Shown piece after piece: positions 39,900 to 48,961 of a stretch of DNA of 64,000 nt (its first letter is position 1; each line of letters begins with the position of its first letter). Made by a program: the position numbers and the translations under genes. The notes under the pieces are model-generated. The model saw nothing but the letters and a program-made list of their open reading frames with translations. It did not search any database and was not told the origin of the DNA. This stretch comes from a virus. The DNA lies in the IMG/VR virus record IMGVR_UViG_3300009593_000015, positions 14,251 through 78,250 of that record; one strand, 5' to 3'.

Positions 39900-42806
39900 G
39901 TGACTGAAGAAAACAACAACCCATGTCAAGCGCCCGCCTTGCCACACGCAAGTGGATCCGGCGAGCTGCCTGTACCTGAATTAGAGGGCTTTCAATTTGA
40001 CCCCCCTAAGTTCCCGAATCTAGAACCCACTTTTCCAGGCAACCCAGTTGCTAGGAGGTGTATTATGGTGCCTAGGTATCTATCTTATGGTGTCCACTCG
40101 CGCAGTACCATAATCACCGGCAATGGTACCGACGAGTCCCCGGATAGAGCTGACAACCCGCGCTTAACTAACAGCAACCCTGACAGGAATCCACAGAGCT
40201 ATGACGCTTTAAGGTTTTTGTTGAAAAAGGTGTATGATTTTGAATACACTGGTAATAAAAATTTTGTAGCCAACCCATCACCTGAGGAAAATCAACGCGT
40301 AAACACATATACTTGGCTTTCTGATTCACCCCCGGTTGATATAGTTTTATCTAAGCTTGGTACACAGCTGCCTCCGCCCGGATTCCCCCAACAACAACAC
40401 CCGACATTAATGGTTTCAGTACTGATGCCTGGAAATGCAGTTCGGAGCAGGTGGAATGTTGAGCTCTTCGAAAATGACTTCGTCCGGCAAAAACCAGAAA
40501 TTTTTGACTTTTATCTTCAGATGATAAATTTAAAATTCGGACACAATGGTGAAGTGCGCGAGACTAGTCCCTGGTATGTTGACACTTCCTTTTCTGCACC
40601 CGCGGCTTTTTTTGCTAAAGAGGCCGACGGCCTAAACTTAAGACTGCCAGAAACAGTGTCGATGCAAACATTTATACCAAACATGTTAACATATGATGAC
40701 ACCGGAGCTGACTATAACAATCTTTACAATGAAGGTACAAGAGATCCGATTCTCAAAAAAAGCTTATATGAAAGGTATTCTATTGAGTTCGACGGCCGCC
40801 CAGATTATTGTAACTTTTCAGGGGACGTTTTTCAGGGGGATATGGATTCTGGTAACTCTGCAGTAACTGTACATAAATTTCCAGCTGATAAAATATCAAA
40901 ACTAAACTCGATCACGGCCATGGCCACGCCGCCACCGGGACAAACAGAGTTCAGTTCCTTTCAGAGAATTTTCGAATCAGAATATAAATATTATACAAAA
41001 ATTTCATTTGATATAAACCACGAAAGCCCTATCGCCGCGAAACTGAAAGAGAAGAATCTTGACCACTTACTAATGGGCGTCATAGATATAGAATCACCCT
41101 CAAAAGATCAAATCTTTACGCAGTTTTTAGATGAAAGGGTACAGAATTTTACAGGCGTTTCAGACAATGATGGAACTCATTTGAACACGCGACCAAATTG
41201 TTATCCAAGAGATATAAGACATCAATTAATGAAATATCTAAACCCAGATCACCCCCATAGTCATACAGATCGTATGGAATTCGTACTAGACCCAGCAACT
41301 TACCCTTTATCATTCAAACATGAAGATGGTTGGCTTGCAGAATTCGAGTCATTATTTGGACAGTGGAACCCAATGCTTTACACTATGCAGCACTGGGGCT
41401 GTACTTCACAGTTTCATAGTTGGCTTAGTGAATACATGTTAGATAAACATCCACAATTTATTGGGAAAATGAAAGAAGACTTAAGTTATTCAGAAGTCCT
41501 TGCCTATCGGCTCGAAAAGAGAGATGCATCATCAGGGGAAGTCATACAGAATTTTTATTTCTTTAACGATCCAGAGACGGAAAAAATTAACTTTATCGAT
41601 ACACAGGTTAGTTTTGGAAGTAAATATACATACTCAATATATGTTATAAATTTTGTCCGCGGACTGAAATACCGCTACAGACCTAGGAAAGATCCAATAA
41701 GGAGGAACATTTCAAGGTCATCTCACTTGAACCCCGAAACCGGCAGCGGCCTTATGTTCGAGTTTTTAATTGATCAAATGGTGCACGATCATATTATCGA
41801 AACCCCTTATCATCAACAGGATCTGTTAGTAGCTGATGCTCCGCCGTTACCGCCAGACGTAACATTTTTACCATGGGAGACATTATCTGAAGATTTGGCA
41901 TTATTCTGGTTTACTCCTAGAATTGGCGAATACCGAGAACAGCCAATAGCTATTTTGGAGGGAGACCAGGAAGTGATAGAAAGGATGAAGCTAGCACAAA
42001 ACGCTAGCTACGGAGGGTTCGCGTTAGCTAACTCGGAAATCCTTTACAGGTCTGATTCGGACCCGACACACTACGAAATGTTTGTTTTGGATAGCCCACC
42101 GCTTAGTTACCATGATTTCTTGCACGCTCGACACACTGAGACGACGATATCCTCTCCAACGATGTTGAAGAGAGTTCAACCAAATCAAGATTATTACATC
42201 ACATTCAGGGCCCGAGATCTCGGAGGTATTTCACAACCAACAAAAGTCTTCAGGTTTAGAATTAGTAGTTTTGGAGACGGCATTGAACATGAAATAGAGG
42301 AATATATATTCCCGCAGCCATCTATGGATTATTTGATGGAGTTTAATCAAATGTTGGAAATAATGCCAAATTCTGAACAAACCGCAATAAATTTTGAAAA
42401 TTCTGAAACCTACCCGAACCAGTCAGAAGATATCTCAGAATTTATGAAAACAACAAGAGGTACAACTGGTCTTTCTTTGGGCTCAGGACCGCAAGAAGAT
42501 TCTGTGTGGGACAAAACATATATATTTGAAATAATATCATCCCAAACTGGAAAAAAAGTAAAGATAGAGGCTACTTGGTCACAAATAGTGGATGGCAACC
42601 TGCCAGGATCTGAAGAGCTCATGTCTGGATTTACCCTGCGCACCGGCTGCTACGAGCCAGAAAGAAAGTTTATCTACCGGAGTAATAGAGAAGATGCTGA
42701 TAGTGCTATCGGAGAGTCTATAAGCAGGGCAATAGACGAAACAAGTGACTCGTTGCCATCTAGAAGGGGAAGCAGATATTCTAGAGACAGCGAAAACTAC
42801 GAATAG
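39900..42806 (+). CDS. hypothetical virion protein with FN3-like repeats (968 aa)
   Basis: AYRLEK...FIDTQV..G.KYTYSIY and QDYYITFRARD..G.SQPT FN3-like strands; GTG start with GGAGG. Confidence 0.5.
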   Translation: MTEENNNPCQAPALPHASGSGELPVPELEGFQFDPPKFPNLEPTFPGNPVARRCIMVPRYLSYGVHSRSTIITGNGTDESPDRADNPRLTNSNPDRNPQSYDALRFLLKKVYDFEYTGNKNFVANPSPEENQRVNTYTWLSDSPPVDIVLSKLGTQLPPPGFPQQQHPTLMVSVLMPGNAVRSRWNVELFENDFVRQKPEIFDFYLQMINLKFGHNGEVRETSPWYVDTSFSAPAAFFAKEADGLNLRLPETVSMQTFIPNMLTYDDTGADYNNLYNEGTRDPILKKSLYERYSIEFDGRPDYCNFSGDVFQGDMDSGNSAVTVHKFPADKISKLNSITAMATPPPGQTEFSSFQRIFESEYKYYTKISFDINHESPIAAKLKEKNLDHLLMGVIDIESPSKDQIFTQFLDERVQNFTGVSDNDGTHLNTRPNCYPRDIRHQLMKYLNPDHPHSHTDRMEFVLDPATYPLSFKHEDGWLAEFESLFGQWNPMLYTMQHWGCTSQFHSWLSEYMLDKHPQFIGKMKEDLSYSEVLAYRLEKRDASSGEVIQNFYFFNDPETEKINFIDTQVSFGSKYTYSIYVINFVRGLKYRYRPRKDPIRRNISRSSHLNPETGSGLMFEFLIDQMVHDHIIETPYHQQDLLVADAPPLPPDVTFLPWETLSEDLALFWFTPRIGEYREQPIAILEGDQEVIERMKLAQNASYGGFALANSEILYRSDSDPTHYEMFVLDSPPLSYHDFLHARHTETTISSPTMLKRVQPNQDYYITFRARDLGGISQPTKVFRFRISSFGDGIEHEIEEYIFPQPSMDYLMEFNQMLEIMPNSEQTAINFENSETYPNQSEDISEFMKTTRGTTGLSLGSGPQEDSVWDKTYIFEIISSQTGKKVKIEATWSQIVDGNLPGSEELMSGFTLRTGCYEPERKFIYRSNREDADSAIGESISRAIDETSDSLPSRRGSRYSRDSENYE

Positions 42807-42841
42807 CTTGACAAATAAAAAGAATTATTCTTTAGTAAAAT

Positions 42842-42849
42842 ACTATTTA
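42842..42849 (+). promoter_or_regulatory. putative late promoter ACTATTTA
   Basis: recurrent motif, intergenic upstream of 42882. Confidence 0.55.
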
Positions 42850-42881
42850 CTAATGATTTTAAAGATAAAAGGAGCACCATA

Positions 42882-43922
42882 ATGGCATTTTTGGACAATT
42901 CAGGAGATATTATACTAGATGCAGTATTAACTGACCTAGGTAGAAAGCGGATGGCAGCAGGTAATTTCAACATTGCAAAATTCGCTCTTGGAGATGAAGA
43001 GGTAAATTATGAGCTTTGGAACAGTGAAGATGCGAGGGGCTCTGCTTTTTATGACCTAGAGATTATGCAAACACCAATTCTAGAGGCATTTACTAGTGAT
43101 CAATCATTAATGAAGTCTAGATTAGTTACGCTTGTGGACGATAGCTTGCTGTACATGCCAATAATGAGAGTTAATGACCGTTCAGGAACAAAACATAGCA
43201 AATATGCAACTTATAACGGTTTTTACCTGTCAGCCGACACGAGAACTTTCGACTTAGACAACCGCGAAAATTTAACCAATGCAAACACAGAAGGTTTTCT
43301 CCGAGGGACTCGCGGATTTTCTGGTCCGACTAGTCACGTATGTATAGACCAAGGAATCGATGCTGGGGATTCAAACATGACAATCGCTGATGGCATGTCA
43401 GGAGAATTATTAGAGAGGGCGTATATTGTGAAGGTCGACCATCGCCTGCTTGTGCTTGACGGTTTTGTGGGGGTAGCTGACAACAATGAGTACGTCACAT
43501 TAAGAGAACAATTTATAGACGATGACGGTATTGCAACTTACTATATAGTAGATTCCCAGAACAGATCGCCTATCTCAGGCCCACGCGATCAAATAGGGGA
43601 CAGAGAGAGGCACCTAATCAACGAAGCAGGAAGAGATTCTACAAGATTAGGAGTAATCCAGGCAAAGGAGAAGTTTTCAGGTCCCCTGGGAAGCGTTCTT
43701 CGATTGTCCCCTAGAGCATCAGTTCATGTAGCTAGAGGGGACTCGCTGTTTACTGAAATTGGAAACTTTACTAACGCGGAGGCAGATAAAATAGCCATGC
43801 GCGGTGGGACCATAGATGAATACCATTTTATTGACACTGTTATGTCAATATCCGGAGCAACGACTGGGTTTTCAGTAGATGTTCCAATAAGGATAATAAA
43901 AGGGACCAAGTTTAATCAATAA
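42882..43922 (+). CDS. virion structural protein (tail-collar/DUF3751-like N-terminal half)
   Basis: IILDAVLTDLGRKRMAAG.F.IAKFALGDEEVNY; AAGGAG RBS; late-promoter motif upstream. Confidence 0.6.
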   Translation: MAFLDNSGDIILDAVLTDLGRKRMAAGNFNIAKFALGDEEVNYELWNSEDARGSAFYDLEIMQTPILEAFTSDQSLMKSRLVTLVDDSLLYMPIMRVNDRSGTKHSKYATYNGFYLSADTRTFDLDNRENLTNANTEGFLRGTRGFSGPTSHVCIDQGIDAGDSNMTIADGMSGELLERAYIVKVDHRLLVLDGFVGVADNNEYVTLREQFIDDDGIATYYIVDSQNRSPISGPRDQIGDRERHLINEAGRDSTRLGVIQAKEKFSGPLGSVLRLSPRASVHVARGDSLFTEIGNFTNAEADKIAMRGGTIDEYHFIDTVMSISGATTGFSVDVPIRIIKGTKFNQ

Positions 43923-43953
43923 AATATAACGATACCAAGATTAGGAGAAAAAA

Positions 43954-45057
43954 ATGGCAATTTCGTTTAAAACAATAACTCAAAACGACAAAACGACCTC
44001 AAGAACACTGCTTCATGAGGCTATTCCAATTACAGGAAGCCTTATAGTGGGCTCTTATGCCACAGGTTCAGACGGCCGTGGCACAAACATTAAGACATTC
44101 TCACATGGGATGTTTCAATCAATATATGATTATCCATACACTAGTTCATCGGCGAACCACATCTTTGATGTTACATGGGGTTACAGCTCCGCTTCGTCCA
44201 TAGACGGAGTATTAGAGGGCAGTCAGATCAAGGGAGCAGTGACAGAGCAGGATAGCAAGAAAAAGAATTTATATTCTCAAATGGCCCAGGTTCTATCTGG
44301 ATATGATATGAACGGTACTGTACGACCTTTTGATTTTGATGGCAAACACGACTCTGGGATCAAAATAGGCGCCGCAGCCTTTTTGACTTTTTCTAGATTA
44401 TTAGTAAAAGACGAAATAAAGAAGGGTAGCTTTTCGTTGACACTCGGCGCTGCTGATTCATATGGAGATCCGTTTAACTCCACATTCACTCTTACAGACA
44501 CCCGCGCAACGAGTTCTTATCATACAAACTCCCCCGCGGGAGAATATGGCATACTATATACGGGATCTTCAGAGGCCCCAGGCGACAGTCGCGGCCTGAT
44601 TTTTTATCAAGCTGGGGTAGTGGTTCTTCCTTTACCGTCAACGGCGATCGCTGGCGCCACAGCAACGGCCCAGTGGATATCCAACAGCTCTGGTATAACA
44701 AACAAGCTAGATGTCCTGAAATCAAAAAATATTGATTCTTTTTCAGACGGCTTTTTGAGAAGAGTTCAAAATATTCAGTTTAATAATACGACAGAATTAA
44801 ACTCAACGATATACTTCTGCAGAGCCAACAACACAGAATTCAACTACAGCTCAAATTCAACATACTTATCAGGAAGCAAGATAAGAGTCAAGACTGATCC
44901 AGGCACCCGCGAAGAACTAAACCTGCCAAGATCATATGTAACAACTGTAGGCTTGTACTCTCACGACAATGAACTAATGGCTGTTGCAAAACTATCGGAA
45001 CCGATCAGAAAAGACCCAACAAATGAGCTGAATTTGAGAGTTAGACTGGATTACTAA
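43954..45057 (+). CDS. virion structural protein (DUF3751-like C-terminal motif)
   Basis: EFNYSSN and YVTTVGLYSHDNELMAVAKLSEPIRK...RVRLDY. Confidence 0.6.
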   Translation: MAISFKTITQNDKTTSRTLLHEAIPITGSLIVGSYATGSDGRGTNIKTFSHGMFQSIYDYPYTSSSANHIFDVTWGYSSASSIDGVLEGSQIKGAVTEQDSKKKNLYSQMAQVLSGYDMNGTVRPFDFDGKHDSGIKIGAAAFLTFSRLLVKDEIKKGSFSLTLGAADSYGDPFNSTFTLTDTRATSSYHTNSPAGEYGILYTGSSEAPGDSRGLIFYQAGVVVLPLPSTAIAGATATAQWISNSSGITNKLDVLKSKNIDSFSDGFLRRVQNIQFNNTTELNSTIYFCRANNTEFNYSSNSTYLSGSKIRVKTDPGTREELNLPRSYVTTVGLYSHDNELMAVAKLSEPIRKDPTNELNLRVRLDY

Positions 45058-45059
45058 AA

Positions 45060-46244
45060 ATGAAATTTAAAAGGTTTGAGCCCAAAGATTTGATCTACAA
45101 TACTATTGTGACCAAACCTGAATATAGTATCATAGTCAACAGCAACACCACCTACCTGCAAAAAGAAAGATTAGTGTCCGGAACTTTCGACAACAAGATA
45201 AAACATATCGAATCGGGAGAAATAAGTCTTCACGAATTGAACATAAATAGACCTGAAGATTCTCTAATATATTCGTTCATACAAAAAGACAGTACCAGAT
45301 ATGCCTCGAAGACGATTAGTACAAGCAATTTTGATGATATTTCCCAGTTTGCTTATGGTCACACCATAACTCAATCATACCCAGTAACGGCCCGCGTCAA
45401 TAGAATATACATACCCCAAGGTCAAGAAAAGAGCTCTTCTCTTGGTGAAGCTCATGCTAACAAAAAATACGTTAGGTCACTTAAAAATGTGATTAACAGT
45501 CAGGGTGATTTTTCTTATGGTCTAGAGTATGATGACCTCGGCACATCTGAAGTAAACATGATTTGTGTTCCTGGTATTTTTTATGGATCCTCTATAAACA
45601 AGGGCAGTATAAGATTAAGGTATACTATCACTGGAAGTTTGTTGGCAGAAGCCAGAGATATTAACAAAAATGGAAAACTAATACAAACTCAGGGCCCTAC
45701 TACTGGTAGCGTCGTAGGAAAAGTGATTTATAACCAAGGGCTACTATTGTTGACCGATACTACGACGCTAAACGATAGTTATGATGATTGTTATAAACAC
45801 CCAACCATTCGATCACGCCCTAGTTGGGTAAATTTTGGAACAGGCTTAGAGCAGGTGGGGGAAAAATTAGATCATGGAAGCGTCACAGGATCAACTTATA
45901 GTATTAATTTCAAAGGTACAAACAAGATCCCTACTCTAACAATGTATACTTATGCAGAACAGAATGAGTTTAACTTCTCTTCTAATCCGACATTTGTTGA
46001 AAAGAGTGATCTTCCAAAATATGACCACTCTTCTTCATATTTTCTTGAGGTCGGCCGCAAGATAAAGAAAATCAACAAATCACCATATTACGACCACGAG
46101 GAGGATTTTGAAAACACAACATACATTTCCAAGATAGGTATTTATGATAAAGGCAAAAACTTGATTGCAATTGCAACTTTAGCAAACCCTGTGAAAAAGA
46201 CAGAAAAAAGAGATTTTATGTTTAAGATAGGCATAGATTTCTAA
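45060..46244 (+). CDS. virion structural protein, paralog of 43954
   Basis: EFNFSSNPT and TYISKIGIYDK.KNLIAIATLANPVKK...KIGIDF; shares IKKGS and G.I.Y.G motifs with 43954. Confidence 0.6.
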   Translation: MKFKRFEPKDLIYNTIVTKPEYSIIVNSNTTYLQKERLVSGTFDNKIKHIESGEISLHELNINRPEDSLIYSFIQKDSTRYASKTISTSNFDDISQFAYGHTITQSYPVTARVNRIYIPQGQEKSSSLGEAHANKKYVRSLKNVINSQGDFSYGLEYDDLGTSEVNMICVPGIFYGSSINKGSIRLRYTITGSLLAEARDINKNGKLIQTQGPTTGSVVGKVIYNQGLLLLTDTTTLNDSYDDCYKHPTIRSRPSWVNFGTGLEQVGEKLDHGSVTGSTYSINFKGTNKIPTLTMYTYAEQNEFNFSSNPTFVEKSDLPKYDHSSSYFLEVGRKIKKINKSPYYDHEEDFENTTYISKIGIYDKGKNLIAIATLANPVKKTEKRDFMFKIGIDF

Positions 46245-46250
46245 AGGAAA

Positions 46251-46853
46251 ATGTCTTTATCGGATCGAAAAAGAAAATTCCTCACTTTTAAATATCAATC
46301 TCTTCGGAAAGAAAGAGAAGAATGTGACTCAATCATGTCTCTGATTACGCAAGAGGTTTATGATTTATATTCTAAAAACTTTAAAGGAAATTCACCCGCA
46401 AAAGATCAAAATGATGAAAGATCAGCTCAACTTGCGCAGTTTGTGCCACAAGAACAATTTAAAAAACCAGACGAAAATAAAAAAAATCCCCAAGACCCGG
46501 AAATTAAAAAAGTATTTAGAAGAATAGCTCTCAAAATCCACCCAGATAAACTAATAAATTGCACAAAAAAAGAAAAACAAGAAAAAATTAAACTATACCA
46601 AAAGGCAACCCTCGCAGCTGAGAACAATGACTTATTAACATTGTCAGAGATCGCAATAGGCTTGGGACTCACCCCTCCAGCATTTTCTCAACAAGCGACA
46701 GAATTTATAGAAGAAAAAATAAAAACTTTAAAAAAAGAAATAGAAAGTATACAATCGACATTGATGTGGAATTGGTATTTTACAGAAAAAAAAGAACTAA
46801 AAGACAAAATTTTAAAAAAACTATTTGAAATCATACATGAAAAAAGAAAATAA
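46251..46853 (+). CDS. J-domain (DnaJ-like) co-chaperone
   Basis: EIKKVFRRIALKIHPDK with intact HPD motif. Confidence 0.75.
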   Translation: MSLSDRKRKFLTFKYQSLRKEREECDSIMSLITQEVYDLYSKNFKGNSPAKDQNDERSAQLAQFVPQEQFKKPDENKKNPQDPEIKKVFRRIALKIHPDKLINCTKKEKQEKIKLYQKATLAAENNDLLTLSEIAIGLGLTPPAFSQQATEFIEEKIKTLKKEIESIQSTLMWNWYFTEKKELKDKILKKLFEIIHEKRK

Positions 46854-47388
46854 AACAATTCTGGGGCTTGATATCTCGACCTCTATTACTGGCGCCACAG
46901 TAATCGAACAGGGAAAGATAATCGAAACATTCGTGTGGGATACAAGAAACAAGAAATACTTCCCAACCCTGTATGAGAAGGCAATGCTTATAAAGCAGAA
47001 CCTTCTTGGCATTCAAGTACAACACGAGATAGATGAGATATTTATAGAACAGTCGCTTCAGTCTTTCCGTTCGGGATTCTCCTCAGCAAAAACCTTATCG
47101 ACATTATCCAGGTTTAATGGTATAGTATCTTGGTTATGTTACGAGAATTTTCGAATACAGCCGCAGATGATCGCCGCGTCATCAGCACGAAAGAAGGCCG
47201 GCGTAGGGATCAAGAGAGGTGAGAACTCTAAAGAAAAAGTTCTTCAATTTGTTCTTGACAACTTCCCCCAAATTGAGATACAATATACAAAGCATGGAAA
47301 TCCTAAACCCGGGATGTACGATCTATGCGACAGTATTATAATAGCACTCGCGGGAGACAAAGTTGTCGGAGAAACTAAAGTTACTTAA
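46837..47388 (+). CDS. RuvC-like Holliday junction resolvase
   Basis: ILGLDISTSITG, IFIEQ, ARKK and DLCDSIIIA catalytic pattern. Confidence 0.8.
   Translation: MKKENKTILGLDISTSITGATVIEQGKIIETFVWDTRNKKYFPTLYEKAMLIKQNLLGIQVQHEIDEIFIEQSLQSFRSGFSSAKTLSTLSRFNGIVSWLCYENFRIQPQMIAASSARKKAGVGIKRGENSKEKVLQFVLDNFPQIEIQYTKHGNPKPGMYDLCDSIIIALAGDKVVGETKVT
47255..47284 (+). promoter_or_regulatory. possible sigma70-type promoter upstream of primase
   Basis: TTGACA (47255-47260), 18-nt spacer, TACAAT (47279-47284), inside the RuvC-like gene. Confidence 0.4.
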
Positions 47389-48280
47389 AAGGGCCCTCGG
47401 CCGCTGCTGGTCTAATGATGACGAACACCAGTTTCATTGTCCAAAGTGTGACCACCGTAAACTTAAATTATCAATCAACATAGACAAAGACGTATTTAAG
47501 TGTTGGATATGTGATTATTCCGGCACAAAGATATCTCCACTTATTCGCAGGTTCGCACCGGCTTACTATGCAGATTGGCGCAGCCTCGCAGGTGAAGTGG
47601 ATCTCTCAAAATATGACGTTATCTTCGCAGACCATACACCAGAGCCCCCACAGATCATTGACCTGCCAGAGAACTTCCAAACTTTGACCGGCAAAAAAAC
47701 AAGCATAAAGAGGCGGCCCCTTAATTATCTTTATTCTCGCGGATTCACAGATAGAGATATACTAACTTGGAAGATTGGCTTTTGTAATTATGGAGAATAT
47801 CAGGATAGGGTTATCATTCCTAGTTTTGATGACGATGGCAACGCCAACTTCTTTGTGGCGAGGTCATATACAGACGACTGGATGAAATACAAGAATCCAA
47901 GAGTCAGCAAGGATATTATCTTCAATGACTTAAACATCGACTGGGACGATGATGTGATATTAGTCGAGGGTGTGTTCGATGCAATGAAGTGCAAGAACGC
48001 TGTGCCACTACTTGGCTCGACCCTGAGAGAGACTTCAAGGCTGTTCCAAAAGATATGTGAACGCAAATCGGATATATACTTAGCCTTGGATGAAGATGTC
48101 AAGGGAAAAGAGTTCGGGATAGCAAAGAAATTAAGAGAGTACGGAATCAGGGTTAGATCTATTGACGTCAGCGGCTATTCAGATGTTGGAGAGATGCCAC
48201 AAAAGGTGGTAGAACAGCGAAAATTAAATGCGGACATTGTTTCGGATTTAGACTATTTACATTATAAACTTGACTTTTAA
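47363..48280 (+). CDS. DNA primase (zinc finger + TOPRIM)
   Basis: CPKC...FKCWIC zinc finger, YL.SRG, RVIIP, LVEGVFDA and LALDED; TTG start with GGGAG. Confidence 0.85.
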   Translation: MSEKLKLLKRALGRCWSNDDEHQFHCPKCDHRKLKLSINIDKDVFKCWICDYSGTKISPLIRRFAPAYYADWRSLAGEVDLSKYDVIFADHTPEPPQIIDLPENFQTLTGKKTSIKRRPLNYLYSRGFTDRDILTWKIGFCNYGEYQDRVIIPSFDDDGNANFFVARSYTDDWMKYKNPRVSKDIIFNDLNIDWDDDVILVEGVFDAMKCKNAVPLLGSTLRETSRLFQKICERKSDIYLALDEDVKGKEFGIAKKLREYGIRVRSIDVSGYSDVGEMPQKVVEQRKLNADIVSDLDYLHYKLDF

Positions 48281-48290
48281 GGAGATCAAA

Positions 48291-48461
48291 ATGGAAATCA
48301 CAAAAAGAAGACTAAAGGAAATCATTGCAGAAGAAATGAATCACTTAGCAGAGACAGGCGATCTTAATATGATCACCGAAGCAGAAAAGAAGGCATTCGC
48401 CATTATACTTGAAAAGCTTACTCCAAAGCAATTGGAAGAGATAGGCCTTAAAAGGGTTTGA
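48291..48461 (+). CDS. small protein with N-terminal ITKRRLKEIIAEE motif (putative internal head protein)
   Basis: AAGGAG RBS, late-promoter motif upstream, N-terminal motif shared with other small proteins. Confidence 0.55.
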   Translation: MEITKRRLKEIIAEEMNHLAETGDLNMITEAEKKAFAIILEKLTPKQLEEIGLKRV

Positions 48462-48462
48462 T

Positions 48463-48906
48463 ATGAAAAAATCAGAACTCATTAAGATTATAAAAGAAGA
48501 GGCAGACTTTGTGCTAAAGGAGCTCTACATGGTGGATAGCCCAGTGGAAATTGGAGCACAAGCAAACCTTCAGACTGCCTTGAAGTCCAAAAACAAACAA
48601 AAAATTGAAAGAGCAATTGAACATATCAAGAGCCTTGGCCAAGGCCAGGGCACGGTTTCATCTGCCGCCCTTGCTATAGCTGGCGCGCTCACTGGTGCCA
48701 CTGCAGCAGAGGCCTTATTTGCAATCAAGCTAGCGCTTCAGGATATGTCTACAATGGCATTCATGAGAATTTACAAACTCTTGCCAGCAGGCATTCAAAA
48801 CACTCTCTTCACATCAGTCCGCGATTCAATCTCGTCAACCGGCAAGGGAGGCGATGCAATGCGTCAGGTGTTCATCGAAATGTCGAAAATCCTCCAAAAA
48901 ACTTGA
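48463..48906 (+). CDS. hypothetical protein with MKKSELIKIIKEE N-terminus (putative internal head protein)
   Basis: shares its N-terminal motif with 48291 and 60010. Confidence 0.55.
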   Translation: MKKSELIKIIKEEADFVLKELYMVDSPVEIGAQANLQTALKSKNKQKIERAIEHIKSLGQGQGTVSSAALAIAGALTGATAAEALFAIKLALQDMSTMAFMRIYKLLPAGIQNTLFTSVRDSISSTGKGGDAMRQVFIEMSKILQKT

Positions 48907-48931
48907 CACCCCCACCAAACCCTGCTATACT
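48903..48931 (+). promoter_or_regulatory. sigma70-type promoter for the Mre11-Rad50 fusion gene
   Basis: TTGACA (48903-48908), 17-nt spacer, TATACT (48926-48931), with extended -10 TG at 48923-48924. Confidence 0.75.
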
Positions 48932-48961
48932 TAGAACATAACAATTATTCATGGAGAATAA

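Noticed and set aside
42808-42841. TTGACA as a sigma70 -35 element before 42882
   Set aside because: No good -10 at 16-18 nt spacing; the late motif explains the site better
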